64,000 bases of DNA from an uncultured Desulfatitalea sp. (GTDB lineage Bacteria > Desulfobacterota > Desulfobacteria > Desulfobacterales > Desulfosarcinaceae). Made by a program: the position numbers and the translations under genes. The DNA lies in NCBI GenBank assembly GCA_963668675.2, contig CAXXMB010000002.1:224001-288000 (forward strand), written 5' to 3'. The notes under the pieces were generated by a model, which was not told the origin of the DNA, did not search any database, and saw only the letters and a list, made by a program, of their open reading frames with translations. Positions 38,013 through 48,128 of the stretch are shown piece after piece. Within the stretch, counting starts at the first letter, position 1. The number at the start of each line of letters is the position of its first letter.

Positions 38013-39167
38013 ATGAATTTTCCTAAACTTCACAGAGTGGTTTTCCTCCTGGCATTCATGCTCACCGCACTGTGCTGCCATGCCGACTCCAATCAACCCA
38101 AAACCAAAGACGGGGATGCGTCCAAAATGGAGACACCGATCATCTACCAGCAGAAAAAATTCAGGCTTCCCAAACCGATCAGCTCGATCTTTTCCGTTCC
38201 GTTGAAGAGCACGGTGGGCACCAACGACCTGGTCAATGCCATCAGCCTGATCCACTTTGATGGAGAGAAAGCCGATATCCGCCATCTCCTTGATGATTTC
38301 GTCGAAAACGTGGGGGGCGGAACGCTCTCTTTCCTTCCGCCGGTCTCGAGCAGCACCATTGGCTATGCCCAGAGCCGGCGTTTCATCCTTATCGATCTCA
38401 AAGAGAAAAGCTTCCACCAGTTCCTCGTCTGCAAACGGCTGGAAGAGAATATCAACCGGGTCGCCATTGCCGATGCCAGCAAGCTGATGTTTCTCTTCGA
38501 AATCCTTGCGTTCAGCGATGACCCCACCGACACATCGGACCCGGATCGCATTCTCCGAATGGTGGATCTCTCTTCAGGCAGTGATACCGTTATCGCTGAA
38601 AGGAAGCTGTCCGCCCATGCCGGATGGACAACCCACCAGGGAACCACTCTTCTCTTTGACGAGAACGGCGTTCTGGCATTGGACAAGGGGCTCAACCCCA
38701 CCCACCATCCCTTCGCATCCCTCTATGCCGAAGCAAGGGGAGACTTCTCCGAACAGATCCGGATCACGGAACTGCTGGTCCATCCGGAACTGCCCTTCGG
38801 CGTTGTCATTGGCACGGGGAGCAAAGAACCCGGGAAGCGTTATGTCGTCTGGTTGGCCGCCTGGAAGGAGGGCGAGAAGCCCGTCATCGTGCCCATGATC
38901 GCCGAGAACCGCAGTTTCATCTACAAGGATTTTGAATTTTCTCCGGACGGCACCTTCCTGCTGATGAAGGTTCAGGAGCGGCAGCAGACCGAGTTCATCG
39001 TATCGCCGGTGGATCCGGCATCGCCCCTTTTCCTGGGAAAACCGGTATCGTTGGGATCGTCCGAAGCCCATTTTTCCATCGCCTGGATCGAAGCACCCCT
39101 GAGCCTCGCCGTCCTCGAAAATCAAGCGATTCGCGTGTGGGATTTGACGGCACCGGTCTCTCAATAA
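38013..39167 (+). CDS. Exported beta-propeller-like protein, putative immunity
   Basis: Signal peptide MNFPKLHRVVFLLAFMLTALCCHA; FSPDG and IRVWDL motifs. Confidence 0.65.
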   Translation: MNFPKLHRVVFLLAFMLTALCCHADSNQPKTKDGDASKMETPIIYQQKKFRLPKPISSIFSVPLKSTVGTNDLVNAISLIHFDGEKADIRHLLDDFVENVGGGTLSFLPPVSSSTIGYAQSRRFILIDLKEKSFHQFLVCKRLEENINRVAIADASKLMFLFEILAFSDDPTDTSDPDRILRMVDLSSGSDTVIAERKLSAHAGWTTHQGTTLLFDENGVLALDKGLNPTHHPFASLYAEARGDFSEQIRITELLVHPELPFGVVIGTGSKEPGKRYVVWLAAWKEGEKPVIVPMIAENRSFIYKDFEFSPDGTFLLMKVQERQQTEFIVSPVDPASPLFLGKPVSLGSSEAHFSIAWIEAPLSLAVLENQAIRVWDLTAPVSQ

Positions 39168-39265
39168 TCCATTCGATTTCGTTATCGGAAAGGAGATGTC
39201 GGGGCTCTCCAAAGAAGCCATGGGAGCGCTGTGCCGGTACCCCCTTACCCTTCTGATGATATTTC

Positions 39266-39294
39266 TTGCATAGCCCTGAAAAGCCTTCTATATT
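39266..39294 (+). promoter_or_regulatory. Sigma70-type promoter
   Basis: TTGCAT-N17-TATATT upstream of the radical SAM gene. Confidence 0.5.
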
Positions 39295-39385
39295 GTGCCG
39301 CCATTTCCGTAGATATGGCCATATTAACCTTTATTACAGCTTGTTACACATGATCAGACCCCTTTCAAATTTACGGCGTCAACAG

Positions 39386-40768
39386 ATGATCGACGCCAAT
39401 CTGACCGAATACGGTTCCCAGTCCGATTTGCTTTCCTGGATTTCACCCGAAAAGGCCAGGGAAGCTGAATCCAGGCGCGCACAAATGCTTGGGGCATGTT
39501 CATCCGGTATTGAATTCGATTTCAAGGGGACAAAGCCACATTCGGGGCTCCTTTCCCCGGGGTGCCTCATTTGCGGCCAGGGAACTTGGTCCTGTCTTTT
39601 CATAAACGGAAAATGCAATTGCCGGTGTTTCTACTGCCCTGCCTCGCAGGACAATATTTCGGTCCCTACTACAAACCGCATTTCATTTGACACCTCACGT
39701 GACTACGTGGACTATGTCCGGCATTTCGATTTCAAAGGAATCAGCATCAGCGGGGGTGAGCCGCTGTTGACCTTTGAGCGTAGCCTTCACTACGTCGAGG
39801 CGGCCAGGAGGGAACTGGGTGAGACGCCTTACATCTGGATGTACACCAACGGAACCCTGGCAACCAGGGATCGGCTTGAGAGACTCCGGGATGCCGGCCT
39901 GAATGAAATTCGCTTCGATATCAGTGCTGTGAATTATGACCTTACCGGTGTGCGAATTGCGGCTAACATCATTCCCTGCATTACGGTGGAAATTCCGTCG
40001 ATTCCCGAGGACTACCATCTGCTGCTGGATCTTCTACCGCAGTTGCATGAAGCAGGAGTAAAGCATTTGAACCTGCATCAGCTCCGATTAACGCCCTATA
40101 ATCTCTCCAGGTTGTCAGGAAGAAACTATACATTTCTGCATGGTGAGAGGGTGACCGTGATGGAGTCCGAACTGTCGGCACTGGCGATACTTGCGGCGTT
40201 GTCGCGCTCAGGGCTGACGCTTCCGGTAAATTACTGCGCCTTTGCATATAAGAGGCAATATCAGCAAGCCGCCACCAGGAGGCGTAACGCCAAGCACATC
40301 ATCAAAGGCTATGAATCCATCAGTGAAAAAGGTTTCATTCGGTCCTTGTCGGTCACCGGAGATCCAGAGGACGTAGGCCGACTTGCGGTGCAGTTAGAAA
40401 GAGACGGCGTGGATACGGAAACCTGGTACCTTTCAGGGAAAAAAGATCGTCTCTTTTTCCACGAGGCACTCTGGCAAAAGATCGATTTCTTGGCGCTCAA
40501 ACTTCAGGTAATCTATTCGGAAGCGATACTGAGCCCATCGATTTCCTACCAGTGTGCATTTCGGGAAGTCCGGCTCAACCCTAACCGCAAAGTATTCGTA
40601 GAAAGACAGGCGCTGTGCTCCCCTCTGACTCTGGAAAACAGCGATCGGTTGTTTTTTGAAAATGAGATCCTTCATATTACTGGCGAAACCCCGCATTCAG
40701 GTGTTTCAATCCAAGAGGATGTTCTAGACTTTGAACTGATTCGACCAGGGCTTCAGGATTATTTTTAG
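39386..40768 (+). CDS. Radical SAM protein; start uncertain
   Basis: CNCRCFYC, SGGEPLL, YTNG, an extra GCLIC, EIRFD. Confidence 0.88.
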   Translation: MIDANLTEYGSQSDLLSWISPEKAREAESRRAQMLGACSSGIEFDFKGTKPHSGLLSPGCLICGQGTWSCLFINGKCNCRCFYCPASQDNISVPTTNRISFDTSRDYVDYVRHFDFKGISISGGEPLLTFERSLHYVEAARRELGETPYIWMYTNGTLATRDRLERLRDAGLNEIRFDISAVNYDLTGVRIAANIIPCITVEIPSIPEDYHLLLDLLPQLHEAGVKHLNLHQLRLTPYNLSRLSGRNYTFLHGERVTVMESELSALAILAALSRSGLTLPVNYCAFAYKRQYQQAATRRRNAKHIIKGYESISEKGFIRSLSVTGDPEDVGRLAVQLERDGVDTETWYLSGKKDRLFFHEALWQKIDFLALKLQVIYSEAILSPSISYQCAFREVRLNPNRKVFVERQALCSPLTLENSDRLFFENEILHITGETPHSGVSIQEDVLDFELIRPGLQDYF

Positions 40769-40955
40769 TTTCGCCTAGTGAAAACCTTTTCGATAGGGTT
40801 CATTGCATTACAGGCCCAAAATGATAATGCGTGTCTGTGATATCTATGGCGTACAACAAGACTTGGCGACCTTGTGCGTACTGATATTTAATCGCAAAGC
40901 CATCTATCCCTGTCGAATTTGTTGTTACAATACCGTAACCCTCTAAAATCATTAT

Positions 40956-41014
40956 GTCATTCCGGCGGAAGCCTGCTTCCAGGCGCACGGATGCCGGATC
41001 AGGTCCGGCATGAC
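40956..41014. repeat. REP/RPE-like palindrome, copy C
   Basis: GTCATTCCGGC...GGATGCCGGATCAGGTCCGGCATGAC, between convergent genes. Confidence 0.7.
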
Positions 41015-41038
41015 GCATTTGCATATTTAATTCCAGAT

Positions 41039-42238
41039 TTAATAATATAGATTCTTTCTCCTAGCTTTGTCGCTGTCCACCCACAGGGACTGCTCACCTG
41101 CAAGACTTCCGATCAGGTCATCCGGCTCCGCATTCGCCACCAGAAAATCGGCCCGGCAGCCCGGGAGCAATTCACCGCGCCCAACCAGGCGTAAAAGGCG
41201 AGCCACGTTGCGGGTGGCGCACTGAACCGCCTGTTCCACGCTCATCCCGGCAAACAAAAACAATGACAACTCCTTTTGAACGGCGGCACCGTGATCGACT
41301 CCCTGCCCTCCTGCATCCGTTCCCAGGGCGATAACCACCCCCATCTCCAACGCTTTTCGGATCTGGTTCAATTGGTGATCCACGGTACGACGGGCCACAT
41401 CTTTCTGAGTGCCGGTGAGATTCTCCGCCTCGCCCAACACCGCCATCGGCACAACGGTCGGCACCCAGCTGACCGCCCGGTCGGCCATGCGTCGCAAATT
41501 GTCTTCGCCCATGAAGTAGCCGTGTTCGATGGAGTCGCAGCCTGCTTCTATGGCCAGGCGAACCGGCTCCTCGCCATTGGCATGCACCATCACCGGCCGG
41601 TCGGCCAGATGGGCAAGTGAAACCATCGCACACAATGCGTCACTGGAGAACTGAGCAGGACCGGCGTGGCCGAAACGATCGATGCTGTTCAATCCAGATT
41701 GGATCACTTTGAGGTGGTCGATCACTTCCATTTGAGTGGCGAGCATTTCCTCTGCCGTTTCAGGCGAAAGTGCTCTGCCCAGCATGCTACCGTAGCGCCC
41801 CTCGGCATGCCAAGCGCGGCCACAGGCCTTGACAAGGGTAGCAGCATTCGGAGGCTGTGCTTTGCACCTTTTGTACCTCAGGGCCGCGCCCAGGCTGTCC
41901 CCGCCATCCCTGACGGCAACGACACCGTGGCGCCACTGATCCGCCAGGTGCCGGCGAACGGCTTCGGCAGCCTCCTCCGGTGTCTGCTTGAGCTGAGCGG
42001 TCCTGATGCGGCTATCCATTGACCCCGAAAAGGCCAGGTGAACATGGGCATCCATGAGTGCCGGTATGATGGTGGCGTGGGAAAGATCTTCGCAGGAGGT
42101 GTCCGGAGGCAGCGTCGAGCCGACCTGCGCGATGACATCGCCCTCAATTGCGATGAAGGTGTTCCTTGCCGCCGGCGCGCCGCTGCCGTCGATGAGCCAA
42201 CCGGCCCGTATCCATTGGGTCTGGTGCTCAATCGCCAT
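41039..42238 (-). CDS. Amidohydrolase-family protein (imidazolonepropionase-like)
   Basis: DAHVH, VHANG, SIEHG, GTDAG. ATG at 42238 overlaps the cinA stop (TAATG). Confidence 0.88.
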   Translation of the reverse strand: MAIEHQTQWIRAGWLIDGSGAPAARNTFIAIEGDVIAQVGSTLPPDTSCEDLSHATIIPALMDAHVHLAFSGSMDSRIRTAQLKQTPEEAAEAVRRHLADQWRHGVVAVRDGGDSLGAALRYKRCKAQPPNAATLVKACGRAWHAEGRYGSMLGRALSPETAEEMLATQMEVIDHLKVIQSGLNSIDRFGHAGPAQFSSDALCAMVSLAHLADRPVMVHANGEEPVRLAIEAGCDSIEHGYFMGEDNLRRMADRAVSWVPTVVPMAVLGEAENLTGTQKDVARRTVDHQLNQIRKALEMGVVIALGTDAGGQGVDHGAAVQKELSLFLFAGMSVEQAVQCATRNVARLLRLVGRGELLPGCRADFLVANAEPDDLIGSLAGEQSLWVDSDKARRKNLYY

Positions 42239-43494
42239 TATTTCAAAGTGCCGTTTAGGTGGCGTCTCAGCAGGTCCAGCGCCAGCATGGCAAAGAGTCT
42301 CTTGTTCATCAGCCGACGCCCGAAAGAGAGCGTCAGTTTGCGGCTCAAGGTCTCCTCCGGCGTGGACAGGCCGATGCAGATCGTCCCCACCGGCTTCTCT
42401 TCTGTTCCGCCATCCGGACCGGCAATACCGGTGGTGGCCAGGCCGTAGGTGGCGCCGGCTGCGCTGCGGGCGCCATCGGCCATCTGGCGTGCGGTCTCTT
42501 CGGCCACAGCTCCACAGCGGGTCAGGGTCTCCTCCTGAACCCCCAGCACCTTCATTTTGGCATTGTTGGCATATGTGACGGCCGAAAAGAGAAAGAATCC
42601 GGAAGAGCCGGGCGTGTTGGTGACCCAATTGGCCACAAGTCCGCCCGTACAGCTCTCTGCCAGGGCCAGGGTAGCGCCGCGCTCCACGAGCAATGCCCCC
42701 ACTTCGGCGGCCATGGTGCGCTCCTCGTATGAGAAGACATAGGGCTGCAACTGCCCCCCCACCCATTGCTCCGCCTTTGCCAGACGCTGCCGCCCCTGCG
42801 TTTCATCCGTTGCGTTCAGATAGAGCTTGACCTGGATCTCCGGAAACTTGGCTCTCAATCCGAGTTTAATGTCCGGGAAGTGCTCTGTAAGAGCAGCCAC
42901 CTTTTCCCCCACGGCACTCTCGGGTAGGCCGAAAGTGGACACGACCCGCACCAGTCGAAACTGTCGCCCTTTGCCCTGCGCGTCCTGCAAAGGCGGCAGC
43001 ACCTGTTCCTCAAACATGGTGCGCATCTCGTTGGGCACACCCGGCATGAAGGAAAAAGCGCAACCGCCTATCTTGACTTGGAAACCGGGTGCTGTCCCCA
43101 TGCGGTTGTATAGAACAGAAGCCCCTTCAGGAAAGAGGGCCTGCTTTCGGTTGGACGGATTCATGGGGCGCCCGCGGCGTTGAAAAAACGCTTCGATCTC
43201 CTCCAGGGCCCGCTGATCCTCAACCAGGTCGACCACGGCTGCCTGTGCAGCGGCAGCTGAACTCAAATCGTCCTGGGTCGGCCCCAATCCTCCGGTGACC
43301 ATTGCGATATCCGCCCTCCGCCCAATCTCTGTAAACAGATTGACCAGCACTTCCATATCGTCGCCAACCGCATGGTGACGAACGACCTCGATGCCGTTGA
43401 GCTCCAACAGATCTGCCAGATAGGCCGAGTTGCTGTCCACCAACGCGCCGGTGCGGATCTCATCCCCAGTGGCCACTATTTCAGCCCGGATCAT
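42238..43494 (-). CDS. cinA: Competence/damage-inducible protein CinA (with NMN deamidase domain)
   Basis: GDEI..G...DSN, TGGLGPTQDD, PGVP.EM, AESCTGG, TGIAGP.GG..EKPVG. Confidence 0.95.
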   Translation of the reverse strand: MIRAEIVATGDEIRTGALVDSNSAYLADLLELNGIEVVRHHAVGDDMEVLVNLFTEIGRRADIAMVTGGLGPTQDDLSSAAAAQAAVVDLVEDQRALEEIEAFFQRRGRPMNPSNRKQALFPEGASVLYNRMGTAPGFQVKIGGCAFSFMPGVPNEMRTMFEEQVLPPLQDAQGKGRQFRLVRVVSTFGLPESAVGEKVAALTEHFPDIKLGLRAKFPEIQVKLYLNATDETQGRQRLAKAEQWVGGQLQPYVFSYEERTMAAEVGALLVERGATLALAESCTGGLVANWVTNTPGSSGFFLFSAVTYANNAKMKVLGVQEETLTRCGAVAEETARQMADGARSAAGATYGLATTGIAGPDGGTEEKPVGTICIGLSTPEETLSRKLTLSFGRRLMNKRLFAMLALDLLRRHLNGTLK

Positions 43495-43549
43495 CGCATT
43501 CCTCCATCTGTCGCATTATTGAGAAGGCAAGAGCCAATTGAAGTACTTC

Positions 43550-43579
43550 AAAAAAAAAGCGGACCGATAAACGGTCCGC
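43550..43579 (-). terminator. Rho-independent terminator of the tRNA pair
   Basis: GCGGACCG-TTTAT-CGGTCCGC followed by T9 on the minus strand. Confidence 0.85.
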
Positions 43580-43594
43580 AATTATTTGAAAAAT

Positions 43595-43669
<75 letters not shown>

Positions 43670-43678
43670 AAAAAAAAA

Positions 43679-43753
43679 TGGAGCGGGAAACGGGATTTGA
43701 ACCCGCGACTTCGACCTTGGCAAGGTCGCACTCTACCACTGAGTTATTCCCGC
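43679..43753 (-). tRNA. tRNA-Gly(GCC)
   Basis: GCGGGAATAACTCAGTGGTAGAGT-GCGACCTTGCCAAGGTCG...GGTTCAAATCC...TTCCCGCTCCA. Confidence 0.97.
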
Positions 43754-43769
43754 TCAGTATGAAAAGGGG

Positions 43770-43798
43770 TAAATAGCGATCTATTAACATTTTGTCAA
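43770..43798 (-). promoter_or_regulatory. Probable tRNA promoter
   Basis: TTGACA-N17-TATTTA. Confidence 0.5.
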
Positions 43799-43805
43799 TA
43801 GAAAA

Positions 43806-44372
43806 TTAGGTCTGTAACAGCCTGCGATAACGCACAAAGTAATCAACCCCCGACCACACCGTGAAGATTGCCGCACCCCAAAGAAAAAACATTCCGATGC
43901 TGTGCAGATCAATCCCAAAATAGGGGTAGTGAAACAGCAAGGGAATGGCGGCGGCGATCTGGAATCCTGTCTTGTATTTGCCTAAGTTGGAGGCCGACAC
44001 ATCCTGCTGACTCTGGGCGATAAGGTTTCTCAGGCCTGTTACGGCAATCTCCCTGCCGATGATGATGCAGACCACCCAGGCCGGCACCCACCCCAGCGAC
44101 GTCAGCATGATAAAGGCGGAGGAAACCAGCAGTTTGTCCGCTACCGGGTCCATCACTTTGCCCAGATTGGTGACCATGTCTTTCTGGCGCGCCAGGAGAC
44201 CGTCGAAATAGTCGGTGATCGCCGCTACGCTGAAGAGCAGTGCCGCCAGGAAACAGGTGAGCCGGTTTGGGATCAACAACAGCACGACCACCAGCGGCAC
44301 CGCCAGAATTCGAAAAAGGGTCAGCGCATTAGGATTGCCTAACAGCTGTTTGAATTGCGCCTGGGGTCGCAT
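43806..44372 (-). CDS. pgsA: CDP-diacylglycerol--glycerol-3-phosphate 3-phosphatidyltransferase
   Basis: PNALT..RI, TDYFDG.LAR, GKVMDPVADK, REIAVTGLR. Confidence 0.95.
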   Translation of the reverse strand: MRPQAQFKQLLGNPNALTLFRILAVPLVVVLLLIPNRLTCFLAALLFSVAAITDYFDGLLARQKDMVTNLGKVMDPVADKLLVSSAFIMLTSLGWVPAWVVCIIIGREIAVTGLRNLIAQSQQDVSASNLGKYKTGFQIAAAIPLLFHYPYFGIDLHSIGMFFLWGAAIFTVWSGVDYFVRYRRLLQT

Positions 44373-44414
44373 GGAGGTCCCTCTTTGTCGACACGTTGGG
44401 GGCTCTTGGTGGCC

Positions 44415-45059
44415 CTATTTTTTGGCTTTGTTCCAGTCGTCCAGAAAAGCCTTGATCCCTTTATCGGTCAGTGGATGTGATGCCAGCTTGCTCAACACAT
44501 TAAAAGGGATGGTGGCAATATCCGCACCGAGCAGGGCGGTTTCGAGGACATGCAGGGGATTGCGCACGCTGGCAACGATGATTTCCGTCTCGTATGCATA
44601 GTTGGCAAAAATCTCCACCAACTGTTCGATCAAGAGCATCCCCTCCTGGGAGAGATCGTCGAGTCTTCCCACGAAAGGACTGACATAGGTGGCGCCGGCT
44701 TTGGCCGCCATCAGGGCCTGCAGGGGTGAAAAGACCAAGGTCACGTTGGTTTTGATGCCCTCGGCCGTGAGGGTTCGAACCGCCTTGAGTCCGTCGGTGG
44801 TCATGGGAATTTTAACCACGATGTTCTGATGGATCTTAGCCAGTTCCCTGGCCTCCTTGACCATGCCGTCAGTCTCCAGGCTGATCACCTCAGCACTGAT
44901 CGGTCCGTCCACGATGCTGCAAATTTCGGTGATAATCTCTTTAAAATCCCCGCCCTCCTTGGCGATCAGGCTGGGATTGGTGGTGACACCATCCACCATG
45001 CCCATGGCATTGGCTTCTTTGATCTCTTCTATATTGGCGGTATCGATGAAAAATTTCAT
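44415..45059 (-). CDS. fsa: Transaldolase/fructose-6-phosphate aldolase family
   Basis: [30 protein letters not shown]. Confidence 0.92.
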   Translation of the reverse strand: MKFFIDTANIEEIKEANAMGMVDGVTTNPSLIAKEGGDFKEIITEICSIVDGPISAEVISLETDGMVKEARELAKIHQNIVVKIPMTTDGLKAVRTLTAEGIKTNVTLVFSPLQALMAAKAGATYVSPFVGRLDDLSQEGMLLIEQLVEIFANYAYETEIIVASVRNPLHVLETALLGADIATIPFNVLSKLASHPLTDKGIKAFLDDWNKAKK

Positions 45060-45108
45060 GCGTGGTTCCCTCCCTGGAAAGAATCATTTGCGTTCAGCCG
45101 TTCACTAT

Positions 45109-45387
45109 TCAAGAGGATTTTTCAGTGGCATCCTTATCAGCCAGAAATTGCTGTTTGCAGCTTTCGCTGCAGAAGTGAAGCGTCTCACCGTCGCTATTGA
45201 GCGTCACGGCGTCGCGACGGATGAGATAGACACCGCACTGCGGATCTTGAACCAAAGCGTCATCTGCGCGCTGGAGATTACGGTCGGCCCCGCTCACCTG
45301 CCGCTTGCCTCCCCCGCCGAACCATGTTTTGGCGGCGCGGTAGACCAGGACGCCGATTACAAGATAGATGAGCAGTCGAATGAGCAT
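45109..45387 (-). CDS. YHS/TRASH-domain small protein
   Basis: N-terminal TM; VQDPQCGVY...HFCSESC. Confidence 0.8.
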   Translation of the reverse strand: MLIRLLIYLVIGVLVYRAAKTWFGGGGKRQVSGADRNLQRADDALVQDPQCGVYLIRRDAVTLNSDGETLHFCSESCKQQFLADKDATEKSS

Positions 45388-45893
45388 AGCCTGATCTGTT
45401 GATCACCTTCACGCAGCTGATTTAAAAGCGCTTTTACTTCCTTCCCCAACGTCGGATGCACAACAGTCGGGTCTATATCACAAATAGGTTGCAAGACAAA
45501 GCGCCTTTTGTGCATGCGCGCATGGGGAAGGACCAGTCGATCACTGCTCATAACACAATCCTGGTAGAGGACCAGATCCAGGTCCAGGGTACGGGGTCCG
45601 AAACGAATCCCCCCCTCCTTGCGGCCCATTTTAGACTGAATCGCCTGCATCCTGTCCAATAGATCGAGGGGCGCCAGGGGGGTTAAGATTTTGATGGCTG
45701 TATTGAGAAACCAATCCTGTTGCGTGTAGTCCACCGGTTCAGTTTCATAAAAGGGGGCGCGTCGCGCCAACTGCACCAGGCCATCCGAGCAGAGCGCCTC
45801 GATGCCCTGGCAGCAGTTTCTCAACCGGTCGCCCAGATTGGCGCCGATTGATATAAAGGCCCAATGCAGGATCGTCTGTCCAGGTGCCGCCAC
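45357..45893 (-). CDS. folK: 2-amino-4-hydroxy-6-hydroxymethyldihydropteridine diphosphokinase
   Basis: IGANLGD, YETEP, FLN, GPRTLDLD, LPH.RM..R.FVL.P. Confidence 0.95.
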   Translation of the reverse strand: MAAPGQTILHWAFISIGANLGDRLRNCCQGIEALCSDGLVQLARRAPFYETEPVDYTQQDWFLNTAIKILTPLAPLDLLDRMQAIQSKMGRKEGGIRFGPRTLDLDLVLYQDCVMSSDRLVLPHARMHKRRFVLQPICDIDPTVVHPTLGKEVKALLNQLREGDQQIRLCSFDCSSIL

Positions 45894-45895
45894 GT

Positions 45896-46786
45896 TCAGT
45901 CGGCCTGGGGAGAGGATGGCGGCGAGTCCGGTTGACCGAGTTCAAATTGCCAGGCCTCGGGGTCCATCTCGGCCCGGTAGACCACACGGGCATCGCCTTC
46001 GAGATAGACGTCGGTGTATCTGTCCCCCACTTTTTTGAAATAGATCGTCAAATCACTCCCGCTGAGCGTTTTCAGCGTCATGGGCGATGGGAACTGATAC
46101 CGCTCGGCCAGCACCAGGGCCGCCGCCACATTGCCGGTGCCGCAGGCCAGGGTCTCCCCCTCCACACCACGTTCGTAGGTCCGGATGGCCCACATCGTGT
46201 CGTTGAGGGGGGCGATGAAATTGACGTTGGTCCCTTCGGGCGCGAACTGATCATGAAAGCGGATTTCGCGCCCCACCCCTTTCACGTTGGCACTGGGCAG
46301 ATCTTTGACCTCCATCACCACATGGGGGACGCCGGTGTTAACGCGGCTGATCGGCACCGGATAGTTGGCCAGCACGATCCCATCGTTCATCACCAGATCC
46401 TTGGGGTCGGACATCTTGATCTTCACCATGTCGCCCCGAACATGCGCCTCAATGACACCCACATCGGTTTCAAAGGAGAGATCTGCCGGTGCAATGCCGT
46501 TGAGCACGGCAAACCGTGCCACGCACCGGGCGCCGTTGCCGCACATCTCGGCGACGCTGCCGTCCGAATTGAAAAAGCGCCACCGGAAATCTACCGACTC
46601 GGAGCGTTCGATCAAAATCAGCCCGTCGGCGCCGATGGACATGCGCCGCAAACAGACCTTGGCGATAAATTGGGGAAGCTGCTCGTCGGCCACAACCCCT
46701 TCCCGGTTATCGATAATAACGAAGTCATTGCCGCTGCCGCTCATTTTGTAAAAAGCGATGGGTTTCGTAGATTCCCTGGATTCCAT
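45896..46786 (-). CDS. dapF: Diaminopimelate epimerase
   Basis: KM.G.GNDF, EMCGNG.RC, GVPH, ERGV..ETLACGTG. Confidence 0.97.
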   Translation of the reverse strand: MESRESTKPIAFYKMSGSGNDFVIIDNREGVVADEQLPQFIAKVCLRRMSIGADGLILIERSESVDFRWRFFNSDGSVAEMCGNGARCVARFAVLNGIAPADLSFETDVGVIEAHVRGDMVKIKMSDPKDLVMNDGIVLANYPVPISRVNTGVPHVVMEVKDLPSANVKGVGREIRFHDQFAPEGTNVNFIAPLNDTMWAIRTYERGVEGETLACGTGNVAAALVLAERYQFPSPMTLKTLSGSDLTIYFKKVGDRYTDVYLEGDARVVYRAEMDPEAWQFELGQPDSPPSSPQAD

Positions 46787-46850
46787 TGGTCAACATACCT
46801 TTTTTAACGTGTTCGTTGTTCGCCCACGCACCTGCTGTCGGCACCCGGCG

Positions 46851-48122
46851 CTATGTTTCATCGGCTCCCCGCATCCAGGTCGGCACCTGCTCACCGCGCA
46901 CCAGGTCATCGAGTTTCTCTCTCTCTCGAATGGTGTCGAAACGATCTCCTCGCACGAGCACCTCGGCGGCACGCAGCCGCGAACAGTAGTTTGAGGCCAT
47001 CACAAAGCTGTAGGCCCCGGCACTCATAACCGCCAGCAGTTCGTCCGGCCGCACATCGGCGATGGACCGCTCCTGGGCCAAAAAGTCGCCACTTTCGCAG
47101 ATGGGGCCCACCACATCGGCGGTGATGATGGCCCGATCATGCTGTTCGACCGGCTCGATGGCGTGATAGGCGCCATAGAGTGTGGGACGGATCAGGTCGT
47201 TCATGCCGGCGTCCGTCACCAAAAATGTTTTGGCGCTGCCCTGCTTGCGATAGAGCACGCGGGTCACCAGGATACCGGCATTGCCGACAATCACCCGCCC
47301 CGGTTCCAGAATCAGCTTCAACTTCAAATCTTTAATGGAATCGATCAACCCGTCGGCGTAGGCGCCAAGATCAGGCGGGGTCTCTTCATGATAGGTGATG
47401 CCCACCCCGCCCCCCATGTCGAGATACCGGATGGATATGCCGAGGTTGCTCAGTTCGGCAATGAGTTGCTTCAGGCTGGCCAGGGCCTCCTGGAAAGGTT
47501 CGATGGTCGTAATCTGGGACCCGATGTGGCAGTCGATTCCCGCAATCTCGATATTGGTCATCTTCATCGCGGCCCGATAGCCGTCCAGGGCCTGGGCCAT
47601 ATCGATTCCAAACTTGTTTTTCTTCAGGCCGGTGGAGATGTAAGGGTGGGTTTTGGGGTCGACATCAGGGTTGATGCGTATCGCCACCCGCGCTTTGCGA
47701 CCCAGCGCGCCGGCACGTTGGTCGATCAGCGTCAACTCATCGATGGACTCGATGTTGAACATGAGAATATCGCACCCGATGGCGGCATCGATCTCATCGA
47801 TACGTTTGCCAACCCCCGAGTAGACGATTTTTTGGGGCGAAAAACCGGCACGGACACCCCGGTCCAGTTCGCCGCCTGAGACGATATCGAGCCCACCGCC
47901 CCATTGGCGAAAAAGGGTCAGGAGCGCTTGGCTGCTGTTGGCCTTGGCAGAGTAACAGATCAGGGGATCAGCAGCCTGGAAAGCGCTTTGAAAGGCCTTG
48001 AAATGGCGTTCCAGGGTGGCATGGCTGTAAAGGTAAAAGGGGGTGCCGATCTCTTGGGCGATCCGGGTGATCGGCACGGCTTCGCAGTGAAGGGTGCGGT
48101 CATGGTATTTGAAATGATGCAT
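46851..48122 (-). CDS. lysA: Diaminopimelate decarboxylase
   Basis: YSAKAN, HIGSQ, EPGR, GPICESGD, AGAY. Confidence 0.97.
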   Translation of the reverse strand: MHHFKYHDRTLHCEAVPITRIAQEIGTPFYLYSHATLERHFKAFQSAFQAADPLICYSAKANSSQALLTLFRQWGGGLDIVSGGELDRGVRAGFSPQKIVYSGVGKRIDEIDAAIGCDILMFNIESIDELTLIDQRAGALGRKARVAIRINPDVDPKTHPYISTGLKKNKFGIDMAQALDGYRAAMKMTNIEIAGIDCHIGSQITTIEPFQEALASLKQLIAELSNLGISIRYLDMGGGVGITYHEETPPDLGAYADGLIDSIKDLKLKLILEPGRVIVGNAGILVTRVLYRKQGSAKTFLVTDAGMNDLIRPTLYGAYHAIEPVEQHDRAIITADVVGPICESGDFLAQERSIADVRPDELLAVMSAGAYSFVMASNYCSRLRAAEVLVRGDRFDTIREREKLDDLVRGEQVPTWMRGADET

Positions 48123-48128
48123 CGGGTG

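Noticed and set aside
42239..42766. N-terminal extension of the amidohydrolase ORF
   Set aside because: It overlaps cinA in another frame; the TAATG junction gives the real start at 42238.
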